Positions 51,735-64,000 of a stretch of 64,000 nucleotides of DNA are shown in pieces; positions within the stretch are counted from its first letter, which is position 1; each line of letters opens with the position of its first letter. Under the pieces are notes generated by a model. That model did no database searches. It was not told the DNA's origin and saw nothing but the letters and a program-made list of their open reading frames with translations. The stretch is from the human T2T-CHM13v2.0 reference genome, Homo sapiens. Both the position numbers and the translations under genes were made by a program. The stretch lies in the NCBI RefSeq assembly GCF_009914755.1, contig NC_060938.1. One strand, 5' to 3'.

Positions 51735-54697
51735 TACTTGCTAAGGGGTTTGGTCTTAATCCTGTGACACTGAAGGGTTTTAATGTGGGAAATGACTAAT
51801 TTTTCCATTTAAAAGATGGTTGCTAAGGGCTGGGGTGCTGGAGGGGAAATGGGGAGTTGTTGCTCCATTGGCTTAAAGTTTCAGTTATGCTAGATGAATA
51901 AATTCTAGAGATCTGCTATACAGCATGCTTTCTTTTTTTCTTCCTTCATTTAAATTTTATTTTGTTATTTTATTTTACTTTTTTAGAGACAAGATCTCAC
52001 TCTGTCTCCCAAGCTGGAGTACAGTGGAGCGATCATAGCTCACTGCAGTCTCTAACTCTGGGCACAAGTGATCTGCTTGCAACAGCCTCTCAAGTAGCTG
52101 TAAATAAAAGTGTGCACCATCATTCCCAGTTAATTAAGAACATTTTTTGTTGTTGTAGAGACAGGGTCTAGATATGTTGCCTAGACTAGTCTCAAACTCC
52201 TGGGCTCAAGCGATCCTCCCGTCTTGGCCTCCCAAAGTGTTGGGATTACAGGCGTGAGCCACTTTGGCTGGCCCAACATGGTTTCTTTAGTTAACAATGC
52301 AGCATTGTTCATTTAAAAATGGGTTAAGAGGGTGATCTCTTGCCAAGTGTTCTTACTATAAAATGAAACAAAATAAACCATGCAAACAGACACAAGGAAA
52401 CTTTAGGAGGTGAGGGATATGTTTACTACTTTGATTGTGGTGATGGTATCATGGGTGTATGCATATGTCTAAACTCATCAAATTGTATACATATGTGATT
52501 TTTTTGTTGTTGTTGTTATATCAATGATACCTCAATAAAGCTGTTAAAAATCACTCTGGCAATAGCCTACCAACTGAAAAAAAACCAGGACCAGACAGAT
52601 TTATAGCTAAATTCTACCAGATGTACAAAGAAAAGCTGGTACCATTCCTACTGAAACTATTCCAAAAAATTGAGGAGGAGGGACTCCTCCCTAACTCATT
52701 ATATGAGGCCAGCATCATCCTGATACCAAAACCTGGCAAGGATACAGCAACAACAACAAAGAACTTCAGGCCAATATCCTTTTTTCTTTTTTTTTTTCTT
52801 TTTTGACATGGGGTCTCACTCTGTCACCCACACTGGAGTGTGATCTTGGCTTACTGCAACCTCTGACTCCTGAGCTCAAGTGATCCTCCCAACTCAGCCT
52901 CCCAAGTAGCTGGGACCACAGGCATGCGTCACCTTACTCAGCTAATTTTTTGTATTTTTGGTAGAGACAAGGTCTTGCCATGTTGCCCAGCCTGGTCTTG
53001 AACTCCTGAGCTTAAGTGATCCACCTCCCTCAGCCTCCCAAAGTGCTGGGATTATAGCCATTAGCCACTGGACCTGGCCCAATATCCTTGATGAAAATCA
53101 ATGCAAAATCCTCTGCAAAATACTGGCAAATCAAATCCAGCAGCACATCAAAAAGCTTATAAACACAGTCAAGTAGGCTTTATTCCTGGGATGCAAGGTT
53201 GGTTCAACATACACAAATCAATAAATGTGTCATCACATAAACAGAACTAAAGATGAAAACCACAAGTTTATCTCAATAGATGCAGAAAAGGCTTTTGATA
53301 AAATTCAACATCCATTCACATTAAAAACTCTAGTTACTAGGTATTGAAGGAACATACCTCAAAATAATAAGAGCCATCTACGATAAACACATAGCAAACA
53401 TCACACTGAATGGGAAAGAGCTGGAAGCATTCCCCTTGAAAACTGGCACAAGACAACAATGCCCTCTCTCACCACTCCTATTCAATATAGTATTAGAAAT
53501 CCTGGCCAGGGCAATCAGGCAAGAGGAAGAAGTAAAAGGCATCCAAATAGGAAGAGAGGAAGTCAAACTATCCTTGTTTGCAAATGACATGATTCTATAT
53601 CTAGAAAACCCCATAGTCTCAGCCCCAAAGCTCCTTCAGCTCATAAATTACTTCAGTAAAGTCTCAGGATACAAAATCAATGTGCAATAATAACTAGCAT
53701 TCCTATATACCAACAACAGTCAAGCTGAGAGCCAAATCAGGAACGAACTCCCATTCACAATTGCCAAAAAAAGAATAAAATACCTAGGAATACAGCTAAC
53801 TAGGGAGGCAAAAGGTCTCCAGAAGGAGAACTACAAAGCACTGCTCAAAGAAATCAGATATGACACAAAGAAATTAAAAAACATTCCATGCTTATGGGTA
53901 GGAAGAATCAATATCATTAAAATCACCATACTGCCCAAAGCAATTTACAGAGTCAATGCTATTCCTGTGAAACTACCATTGACATTCTTCACAGAACTAG
54001 AGAAAACTATTTTAAAATTCATATGGAACAAAAAAGAGCTTGAATAGCCAAGGCAATCCTAAGCAAAAAGAACAAAGCTAGAGGCATCACACTACCCAAC
54101 TTCAAACTATACTGTAAGGCTACAGTAACCAAAACACCACTGGTACAAAAATAGACACATAGACCAACGGAATAGAATACAGAACCTAGAAATAAGGCCA
54201 TACACCTACAACTATCTGATCTTCGACAAACCTGACAAAAACAAGCAATGTGGAAAAGATTCCCTATTCAATAAATGGTGCTAGGATAACTGGCTAGCCA
54301 TATGTAGAAGATTGAAACTGGACCCCTTCCTTACATGATATACAAAAATTAACTCAAGATGGAATAAATACTTAAATATAAAACCCAAAACTACAAAAAC
54401 TCTAGAAGAAAACCTAGGCAACACCATTCAGGACATAGGCACAGGCAAAGATTTCATGATGAAGACTACAAAAGCCAGTGCAACAGAAGTGAAAATTGAA
54501 AAATGGGATCTAATTAAACGAAAGCGTTTCTTCTGCACAGCAAACGAAACTATGAACAGAATAAACAACCTATGGAAGGGGAGAAAATGTTTGCAAATTA
54601 TGCATCCGACAAAGGTCTAATATCCAGCATTCATAAAAAAACTTAAACAAATTTACAGGAAAAGATACAAACCCCGTTAAAAGTGGGCAATGGACTT

Positions 54698-55430
54698 TGA
54701 GCACTAAACTCTGATTTTTTTATCTTGCCCAAATTTCTATCTAAGGAATCTGGGGAGTCGTGCCCTACAAATCATAAATTCTCATCAGATGGGTTTTATT
54801 TAACCCCATATATTGTGACTTACTTTCCAACCTGACTTTGGCATAACCTTATGAGACGAAGAAGAAAATAAAATATTTTACCCCAAAACATGTTTCTTTG
54901 CTGTATCTTTAAATGGGCCTGCAAAGCTGTCCTTTGTTGGGGGAAATTTGCATCTGTAAAGAATCTCTATTAACACAGCTAGATCTTTTTCTCCCAGGCC
55001 CTCCCAATCCTAAAGAGATTAACTAAAACTCTAGCACCTTTTAAAGATCTGAATAGGAAACATTTGTCATCTATTGTCTCTAAAGGCAGCCACTATAAGA
55101 CTTCAAAAGAACCTTGGTCTCCACAGTCTTTTATCTTAACCTGAACATTTCCTTTCTATGATCCCAGATCTTTAGATAAACTCAACCAATTGTCAACCAG
55201 AAAAATGTTTAAATTTACCTATAGCTTGAAAGCCCTCCCCACTTTGAGTTGTAAATGTATTTGACTGATGTCTCATGCCTCCCTAAAATGTATAAAACCA
55301 AGCTGTACCCTGACCACTTTGGGCACATGTTCTCAGGCCCTCCTGAAGGCTGTGTCATGGGCCAGGGTCACTCATATTTGGCTCAGAATAAATCTCTCCA
55401 AATATTTTAGAGTTTGACTTTTTGTCAACA
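54698..55430 (+). mobile_element. MER4-family (MER4D-like) ERV1 solo LTR
   Basis: TG...CA termini; end CATATTTGGCTCAGAATAAATCTC...TGTCAACA; perfect 4-bp TSD ACTT. Confidence 0.85.
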
Positions 55431-55568
55431 ACTTGAACAGGCATGTTTCAAAAGAAGACATATATGTGGCCAAAAAAACATATGAAAAAAAGCTCAACAT
55501 CACTGATCATTGGAGAAATGCAAATCAAAACCACAGTGGGATACCATCTCACACCAGTCAGAATGGCT

Positions 55569-55780
55569 ATGAGAACACATGGACACAGGAAGGGGAACAT
55601 CACACACCGGGGCCTGTTGTGGGGAGCGGGGGGCGGGGAGGGATAGCATTAGGAGATATACCTAATATTAAATGACGAGTTAATGGGTGCAGCACACCAA
55701 CACGGCACGTGTATACATACGTAACAAACCTGCACATTGTGCACATGTACCCTAAAACTTAAAAGTATAATAAAAAAAAA
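55569..55780 (+). mobile_element. Younger L1PA (about PA4-5) 3' end nested in the older L1
   Basis: GGGATAGCATTAGGAGATATACCTAAT...GTACCCTAAAACTTAAAAGTATAATAAAA. Confidence 0.88.
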
Positions 55781-57063
55781 GAAAATAACAGCAGCTGGTG
55801 AGGTTGTGGAGAAAAAGGAATGCTTATATACTGTTGGTGTGAGTATAAATTAGTTCAACCATTATGGAAGACAGTGTGGCAATTCCTCAAAGACATAAAG
55901 ACAGAAATACTGTTTGATCCAGCAATGCCATTACTAGGTATATACCCCCCAAAACATAAATCATCCTGTTAGAAAGACACATGCACGTGTATGTTCATTG
56001 CAGCACTATTCACAATAGCAAAGACACGGAATCAATCTAAATTCCCATCAATGTTAGACATTGTAATGTGGTACATTTACATGATGGAATACTATGCAGC
56101 CATAAAAAGGAACAAGATTGTGTCCTTTGCAGGGACATGGATGGAGCTGGAGGCCATTATCCTTGGCAAACTAATGTAGGAACAGAAAAATCAAATACTT
56201 CCTATTCTCACTTATAAGTGGGAGCTAAATGATGAGACCACATGGACACATAGAGGGGAACAACACACACTGGGGCCTATCAGAGGGTGGAGGTTAGGAG
56301 GAGGGAGAGGATCAGGGAAAATAACTAATGAGTACTAGGCTTAGTATCTGGGTGATGAAATAATCTGTACAACAAACCCCCATAACACAGGTTTACCTAT
56401 GCAACAAACCTGCAGATGTACCCCTGAACTTAAAATAAAAGTTAAAAAAAATTAAAGCCAGAAGAAAAAAAAAAAAGCAACAAAATGTTGAAGTGGTTAA
56501 TTGCTTGAGGTTGTTTGGGAGCAGTTTTGCCCAGGGATAGGACATAGGGCTTCTCCCCACAACATACAGGAAGGGTGACAGAAAAAAGAGAAGGACCTGC
56601 CTCATGATTCTCTATTACACTGTCATGTCCATACACTCTTCTGCACAACAAGTCTATATTGTGTTTCCTATTTCAAATGAAATTTTGCATTTGGCATTAC
56701 AGTTTTCTTCTTGCCTTTGTCTTAGATGTGCTTCTTTGATTTCTGTATAGCTGTGTCATTTTGTCTTATTTAGTAGCATCATTTGCAATTTCATGAGCAG
56801 TTAGCATACTGAAAGAATGAATGATGTTACTTGTTTTCCCTGGCCAAAGACAATTTTTATGTAACCCTCATTCTTGCCACCATAGTCAGTTATTTGTTCA
56901 TTATTTGACAAGTTCATACAATTTTTTATTCCAGTTAATTTAAAAGGAATGCAGGATTCAATAAAACATCTATTATTAATGTGTTTTAGTTATTTAAATG
57001 GGAGTACAGGATTCTGGCTGTGGAGGATCAGAGCTAGAAGATACTTTAAAAGTGTACTATAAT

Positions 57064-57211
57064 AATGTTTTTCAAACTTTAATATGCATATGAATCAACC
57101 AGGGTTGTATTTAAAATGCAGAGTTGGCATGGGGCCTGGGTTCTGCATTTTCAACAAGCTTCTAAGTGAGGTCAATGAGACTGATCTACAAACCACACTT
57201 TGATAGCAAGG
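57064..57211. mobile_element. MER5A
   Basis: GGGGCCTGGGTTCTGCATTTTCAACAAGC and ACCACACTTTGA. Confidence 0.75.
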
Positions 57212-57904
57212 TACAATGACACAAGTAAAAATACCCCAAAATATCGTATTTCTACAATTATATAATAAATACAACTTAAAAATTCTCTGTTTGACTGTAT
57301 CTTACACTTGGGCCATGAATCCATCAGGAAGCTCAGCAAATGCCACTGCTATAGTGTGACATTTAAATTAAAAATAGATCATTCAGTGGGCTGTGCATGG
57401 AGGCTCATGCCTGTAATCCCAACATTTTGGGAGGTTGAGACTGAAGGACGGCTTGAGGCCAGGAGTTTGAAACCAGCCTGGGCCATATAACAAGACCCTG
57501 TTTCTACAAAAAACAAACAAACAAACAAAAAAATTAGCTGAACATAGTGGCACACACCTATAATCCTAGCTACTTGGGAGACTGAGGCGGGAGGATCCCT
57601 TGAGCCCGGGAGTTTGAGGTTGCTGTGAGCTATGATTGTGCCACTGCATCCCAGCCTGGGTGACACCTAAACTCTGTCTCTGTTTGTTTTATATGAGTTA
57701 TGCTGAAGTTACTTCTACGGAGTGATATTTTTTATCCCATGATGTCCTGAGGTGGTATCACTCTCTGGTGGCAGTTGCCCTTGCTGTGGTCAATCCCCAT
57801 CACAGATTAGGCTATGTAGTCACTTACTTTCCAAAGGTAAAGAAAAAAACAGTGTTTTTTTACTGAACTATAGTTACCTTGGCATACTTACACAAAAACA
57901 CTCA

Positions 57905-58093
<189 letters not shown>

Positions 58094-59719
58094 CTACTAC
58101 AGGACTATCTACTCTGAAGGCTGAGATGGGAGGAGTGTTTGAACCCAGGAGCTCAAAGTTGCAGTGAGCTATGATCATGCCAACGTACTCCAGCCTGGAT
58201 GACAGAGTGAGACCCTGTCTCTTAAATAAATAAATAAATAAATAAATAATAAGGCCTGGTGTTATGTGATTTCATTAAATTAAAATTCATGTGGAGGAAA
58301 AGAAACACTTGAATGGTATAATATTCTAAGTTCAGATTTAGTTTATATTGAATTCTTATAGCATTCTGGGTTAAATATAAAACTTTTAAAAGAAAATAGC
58401 AGGAAAAGTAGAATTAATTATATTGGCAAACATTTTATTATTCAAATGAGTAGTTACCACTTTGCTTAAAAATAGCTTTAGAGTGGTGTTTGGAACCCAT
58501 TTTTTCACATGCTTGTAATTCAGCATAATTTTAGCAGACTTTTTCATCTCTGATAAAAAAGGGCTTCTTTTGGCTGGAAAGGTACCACCCCTGTTTTCCA
58601 TTTTACTCATGCATTCCATACACAGCCTGTGTGTAATAGTAATAAAGTTGTGTGGTAGACGCTTAACCTGGCTCGTGAATGTGGTATTCCTCCTTTGCCA
58701 TTTGTGCTTTTTCTCTGAAACTGAAAAAGGCGCCAGAAAAGTACAGAGAGAGTGCACAGTTTCTCCTGAAAGTGTTATGGCTGCCCCGTCTCTGTTGACA
58801 TCTATTAAGATTCAGGCAACAGGAGATCCTCACTTTAAGGTACAAGGGAGTGTTATTTTGGCTTTACATGAGGTGGTGGTGGTTGTTTTTGTCTCTGAAC
58901 ATCTTCAACTCTCTCAGGATTGTGCTGTGTACTAAAAATAAAACAACTATAGCTTGTGATTCACTTTGTTTTCACTGAGTCAGGGCTGTAGATTCCAGGA
59001 AAGATTCAATGACATAGGAGAGTTGTAAAAATGGAAATAAAATTGCTGAATCTGAAATGAAGATGATCATAGTAACTTGTGCATGCTAAAAATCAAGCCT
59101 AATATCTGGAAGCTCTGACTTCTTCTAGATTTTACATGAGGAAATCATTTTAATATTGTATTGTTACAGTGCTCATGATTACCTGGAACCCTTTGGGACT
59201 GTTTACATGGAGCTGTTCACCACGGATATTTGCATGAGAAATGATATATATTAGAATTTATTTTTAAAAGAAATCAGCAGGTCATATCTCTCCAAATCAA
59301 TTTCACTCAAGGCAATACTTTTAATAAATTTTCAGCACAATTCAATCACCATTGTGGAAAGAAGGAATTAAAAACCTAGGTAAGGATGTGATTAGCCAGT
59401 ATAGGCTTATACTGGCTATATAGACAGAACAGACAGACACCTACAATAGAAGAACTCTCCTGGCAGAACACTTTCTCTCACAACTCAAAAATTTCATCTT
59501 TAGAAATTAATTTCTATTGGCCTTGCAGGCTTTTGATCTTTTAAAGCTTTCACACTAAAATATAAACATGCTTTCAAGGCATAGTACATTAAAAATGCAG
59601 GAACTGGATTTGTACCTAGTTTGAAGGCAGTGTTCAAATAGTGCCTAAGGTATATCTCTAGTAATGTGTCTTTGAAAAGTTGGGTTCAACATTTTAAAAT
59701 TATTTTGTTAAAATGACAT

Positions 59720-60500
59720 ACTCATTAAATTGGCAAATGATGAAGCTGGGAGACATAGCTAATATGTCAGATGATAGCATTAAAATCTAAGTGATCCTGA
59801 TTAGCTGGAACAGGAATAGAAGGCTAAATTTAAGAGAATGAAATTTTTTGACCACTAGAGTTAAAATGCTGCTTTTTTCTTTTCTTTCTTTTTCTTTTTT
59901 TTTAGGTGACTAAACAACAACCATCAACAAACCCGTACATAATGTATAATGTAGCACATGTGGTAACATCTTAGGGGTACTGTTGACTGTAAACTTAAAA
60001 TAGGTGACAGTGTGATGTGGTTGCAAAAACAAACAAAACACCCCCTGACAAAAATCCCTTAAACTCATAATGCAAACATTGATCATATCACAAAGGAAGT
60101 GATATCCTCTCTTCCCTGTAAAACATATGTGGTGGATTGTGTTTAATTCTGGGTGTCACATTTTGAAAATGACTGATCTACTGGAGTATATTCAGAGAAG
60201 AGTGAATTGAAGCCGTATCACATGAGTTGTAGTTGAGAATAGAAAATGCATAAAATGGAACAGAGGAACTTGGATGGACTTGATTCTATCTTTAAATAGC
60301 TAAAAGATTTCACGTAGAAGAATTATATTCCAGGACACCCCAGAGGCCGATTTAGAAGCATGAGCATGTTAGAGAGACAGAAAGGTATATTTTGGTTAAA
60401 AAGTTATCTGTAAATGGATGTTTTTCTTTAAAGGAATTCTGCCATAACTAGAAGTTCAAGTATTTGAGCGGAGACTTGTCAACTATTTGTCAGGGATCTT
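59720..60500 (+). mobile_element. L3/CR1 remnant
   Basis: CR1-type motifs: AAATTGGCAAATGATGAAGCTGGGAG, CAGTGTGATGTGGTTGCAAAAA, TTCTGGGTGTCACATTTT. Confidence 0.7.
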
Positions 60501-60662
60501 GTGGTAGATATTTTATGTTTAATACTTTCTGCTATTCTTAGTGAGCATCTTAAAGGACATCAAGGTGCAGTCAATAGTGGAATACAAATTAGGTGCTGGG
60601 AGTTAGGGAGAAATAGTACAAGAAGGAGAAGTAATCTTAAAAAGAGAGAATACCAAGTCAGA

Positions 60663-63600
60663 CTTTTTTTTTTTAAACATTTAGTGGGTACACGTGGAGG
60701 TTTGTTACATGGATATATTGCATGATGCTGAGGTTTGAGCTTCAATTGAATCACCCAAACAGTGAGCATAGTATCCAATAGGTAGTTTTCAACCATTCCC
60801 CATGTCCCTCTCCCCCTTTTAAGAGTCCCCAGGGCCTATTGTTCTCATTTTTATGTCCATGCCTATGTAATGTTTAGGTCTCACTTATAAGGGAGAACAT
60901 GTGATATTTGGTTTTCTGTTTCTGTGTTAATTCGCTTAAGATAATGGCCTGTAGCTGCCTCCATGTTGCTGCAAAGTGCATAACTTTGTTCTTTTTTATG
61001 GCTGTGTAGTATTCCATGGTATATATGTGTCACATTTTCTTTATCTAATCCGGTATTGATGGGCACCTGTATTGATTCCATGTCTTTGCAATTGTAAATT
61101 GTGCTGTGATAAACATGTTAATACAGGTGATGTTTTGGTAGAATGATTTATTTTTCTCAGTAATGGGATTGCTGGGTCGAATGGCAATTCTGTTTTTAGT
61201 TATTTGAGAACTCTCCAAACTGCTTCCCACATGTGCTGAGCTAATTTACAATCCCACCAACAGTGTATGAGTGTTTCCTTACTCGGCAATCTCACCAATA
61301 TCTGCTATTTTTTTTTACTTTTTCATAGTAGCCATTCTGACTGGTGTGAGATGGTATCTCATTGTGGTTTTGATTTGCATTTCTCTGATTATTAGTGATG
61401 TTGAGCTTTTTTTTTTTCATATTTCTTGGCCACTTGCGTGTTTTCTCTTGAGAAACGTCTATTCATGTTCTTTACCCACTTTTTAATGGGGTTGGGGTTG
61501 TTTGTTTTTCTTGTTGATTTAAGTTTCTTATAGATTCTGGATATTAGTTCTTTGTCAGATGCATAGTTTGCACATATTTTCTTCCATTCTGTAGGTTGTC
61601 CGTTTACTCCATTGATTGTTTCTTTTGCTGTGCAGAAGTTATTTAGTTTAATTAGGTCTTAATTGTCGATTTTTGTTTTGTTGCATTAGCTTTTAAGGAC
61701 TTAGTCATAAATTATTTCTGTAAACCAATGCCCAGAAGAGTATTTCCTAGGTTTTCTTTATTTTTGTAGTTTGAAGTTTTACATTTAAGTGTTTAATCCA
61801 TCTTGAGTTAGTTTTTATAAATGGTGAGTGGTGGGGGTCAAGTTTCATTCTTCTGCATATAGTTAGCCAGTTTTCCCAGCACCATTTATTGAATAGGAGA
61901 TCTTTTCACCATTGTCTATTTTTGTTGGCTTTCTCAAAGAACAATTGGTTGTAGGTATGTAGCTTTATTTCTACGTTCTTTATTCTGTTCTGTTGGTCCA
62001 TGTGTTTATTTATTTATTTTTTTTTGAGTTGGACTTTTGCTCTTGTTGCCCAGGCTAGAAGGCAATGATGTGACTTTGGCTCACTGCAACCTCCGCCTCC
62101 TGGGTTCAAGTGATTCTCCTGCCTCAGCCTCCTGAGTAGCTGGGACTGCAGGCACCACCACCATGCCTAGCCAATTTTATGTGTTTTTAGTAGAGATGGG
62201 GTTTCACCATGTTGGCTAGGCTGGTCTTGAACTCCTGACCTCTGGTGATCCACCCACCTCAGCCTCCCAAAGTGCTGGTATTACAGGCGTGAGCCACTGT
62301 GCCTGGCCAATGCTTTCAACTTTTGAGCATTCAGTATAATATTGGTTAAAAGTTTGTCATAGATGGAAATTTTTATTTTGAGGTGTATTCCTTTGATGCC
62401 TAGATTGTTGATGCCTAGATTTTTTTTTTATCATTAAGGATGTTGGATTTTATTGAGTGCTTTTTCTGCATCTATTGAGATAATCTTGTGGTTTTTGTTT
62501 TTAATTCTGTTTATGTGATGACACTTTTGTTGATTTGTATAAGTTGAACCATCCTTGCGTCTCAGGAATAATGCCCATTTGATCATGGTGGATTATCTTT
62601 TTGATGTGCTGCTGGATTTGGTTTGCTAGGGTTTTGTTGATTTTGCATCTATATGTATCAAGGATACTGGCCCATAGTTTTCATTTTTCATTAGTGCATT
62701 CTTGTTTTTCTGGTTCCTTTAGGTGAGACATTAGGCTGTTAACTTGAGATCTGTCTATCTTCTTGATATAGGTGTTCAGCATTATAAACTTTCCTCTTAA
62801 CATGGCTGTTGCCACATCCCAGAGGTTCTGCTATATTGTGTCTCTATTTTCATTTGTTTCAAAGAATTTTTTGATTTCTGCCTTAATTTTATTATTTACC
62901 CAAAAGTCATTCAGGAGCAAGTTGTTCAGTTTCTATGTATTTGTGTGGTTATGAGAGTTCCTCTTGGTATTGATTTATATTTGTATTCCACTGTGGTCCA
63001 AGAAAATGCTTATTATGCTTTTAGTATTTTTGAATTTATTAGACTTACTTTATGACTGAGTAGGTGGTCAATCTTAGAGTATGTTCTGTGTGCAGAAGAG
63101 AAGAATGCATATTTCTGGCTGTTGGGTGGAGTTCTGTAGGTACCTATTAGGTCCAATCAGTCAAGTGTTGAATTTAAGTATTAAATTTGTTAGTTTCTGC
63201 CTCAGTGATGTGCCTAATGTTCTCAGTGGGGTGTTGAAGTTCCCCCATTATTATTGTGTAGTTGTCTAAGTCTGTTTTGTAGCTCTATTAGTAATTGTTT
63301 TATAAATCTGGGTGCTCTATTGTTGGGTGCATATATATTTAAAATAGTTAAATCTTCTTGTTGAATTGAATAATTTATCATTATATAATGCCCTTTTTTG
63401 TCCTTTTTTACTGTTGTTGGTTTAAAGTCTGTTTTATCTGATACAATAATAGCAATCTCTGCCCTTTTTTGTTTTTCATTTTCATGACAGATCTTTCTCT
63501 ATCCCTTTATCTGATCCCATAGGTGTCATTACATGTGATATGGGTCTTGAGGACAGCAGAAAGCTGGGTCTTGTTTTTTAATCCAATTTGCCACTCTATG

Positions 63601-64000
63601 TACTTTAAGTGGAGTACTTAGGCTATTAACATTCAAGGTTAATATTTACATGTGAGGTTTTATTCCTGTCGTGGTGTTTCTAGCTAGTTGTTTTGTATTC
63701 TTGACTGTGTAGTTGCTTATAGGCCCTGCAGGCTATGTAGTTACATGTGCTTTAGTGGTAGCAAGTATTGTTCTTTCATTTCCATGGTTAGAACTCCCTT
63801 AAGCATCTCTTGTAAGGCCGTTCTGGTGGTGACAAATTCCCTTAGTGATTACTTTTTTGGGAAAGACTTTGTTTTTCCTTTGTTAATAAAGCTTAGCTTG
63901 GAAGGATGTGAAATTTTTTGTCGGAATTTATTTTCTTTAAGAATGCTAAAAATAGGCCCTCAATGTCTTCTGGCTTGTAAGATTTCTGCTGAGAAGCCCA
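60663..64000 (-). mobile_element. L1PA15/16-like element with internal deletions and an AluS (~62005-62308); continues beyond the window
   Basis: Antisense L1 3'UTR, ORF2, then ORF1-region sequence. Confidence 0.88.

Larger units (their letters stand above)
52551..56455 (+). mobile_element. 5'-truncated L1PA (about L1PA11-13) ORF2/3'UTR with nested AluJ, MER4 LTR and a younger L1 3' end
   Basis: ORF2 RT peptides ([33 protein letters not shown]); 3' end CCCTGAACTTAAAATAAAAGTTAAAA. Confidence 0.92.

Noticed and set aside
58386-58935. Overlapping ~120-aa ORFs in apparently unique sequence
   Set aside because: No recognisable homology, splice structure or promoter; likely chance.
62394-62421. 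Short tandem duplications (also 5988-6018, 44445-44462, 48971-48987)
   Set aside because: Ordinary slippage duplications.

Overview
Human (primate) genomic DNA. The left 13 kb is the 5' end of MIS18BP1 (M18BP1/KNL2, CENP-A loading factor) on the minus strand. It comprises a CpG-island promoter with CCAAT, GC-box, CHR and ETS motifs, a non-coding exon 1, and coding exons 2-4 (codons 1-381, splice phases consistent). The remaining ~50 kb is repeat-dense upstream intergenic DNA: about 40 Alu pieces, L1/L2/CR1 remnants, solo LTRs (LTR8, THE1, MLT2, MST, MER11, MER4), an ERVL pol remnant and DNA transposons. It also holds a DNAJC19 processed pseudogene, a U6 pseudogene and a tailless 5S rRNA fragment. 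Most other ORFs in the track are Alu/L1 read-throughs. I see no new protein-coding system. The most unusual signals are: a recent 112-bp near-perfect inverted duplication in intron 4; several templated-insertion-like scars; a 35-bp dispersed perfect duplicate; a divergent set of CTCF-like motifs; and a possible translatable exon 2-4 circRNA. Repeat subfamily names come from remembered consensus sequences and were not checked with RepeatMasker.
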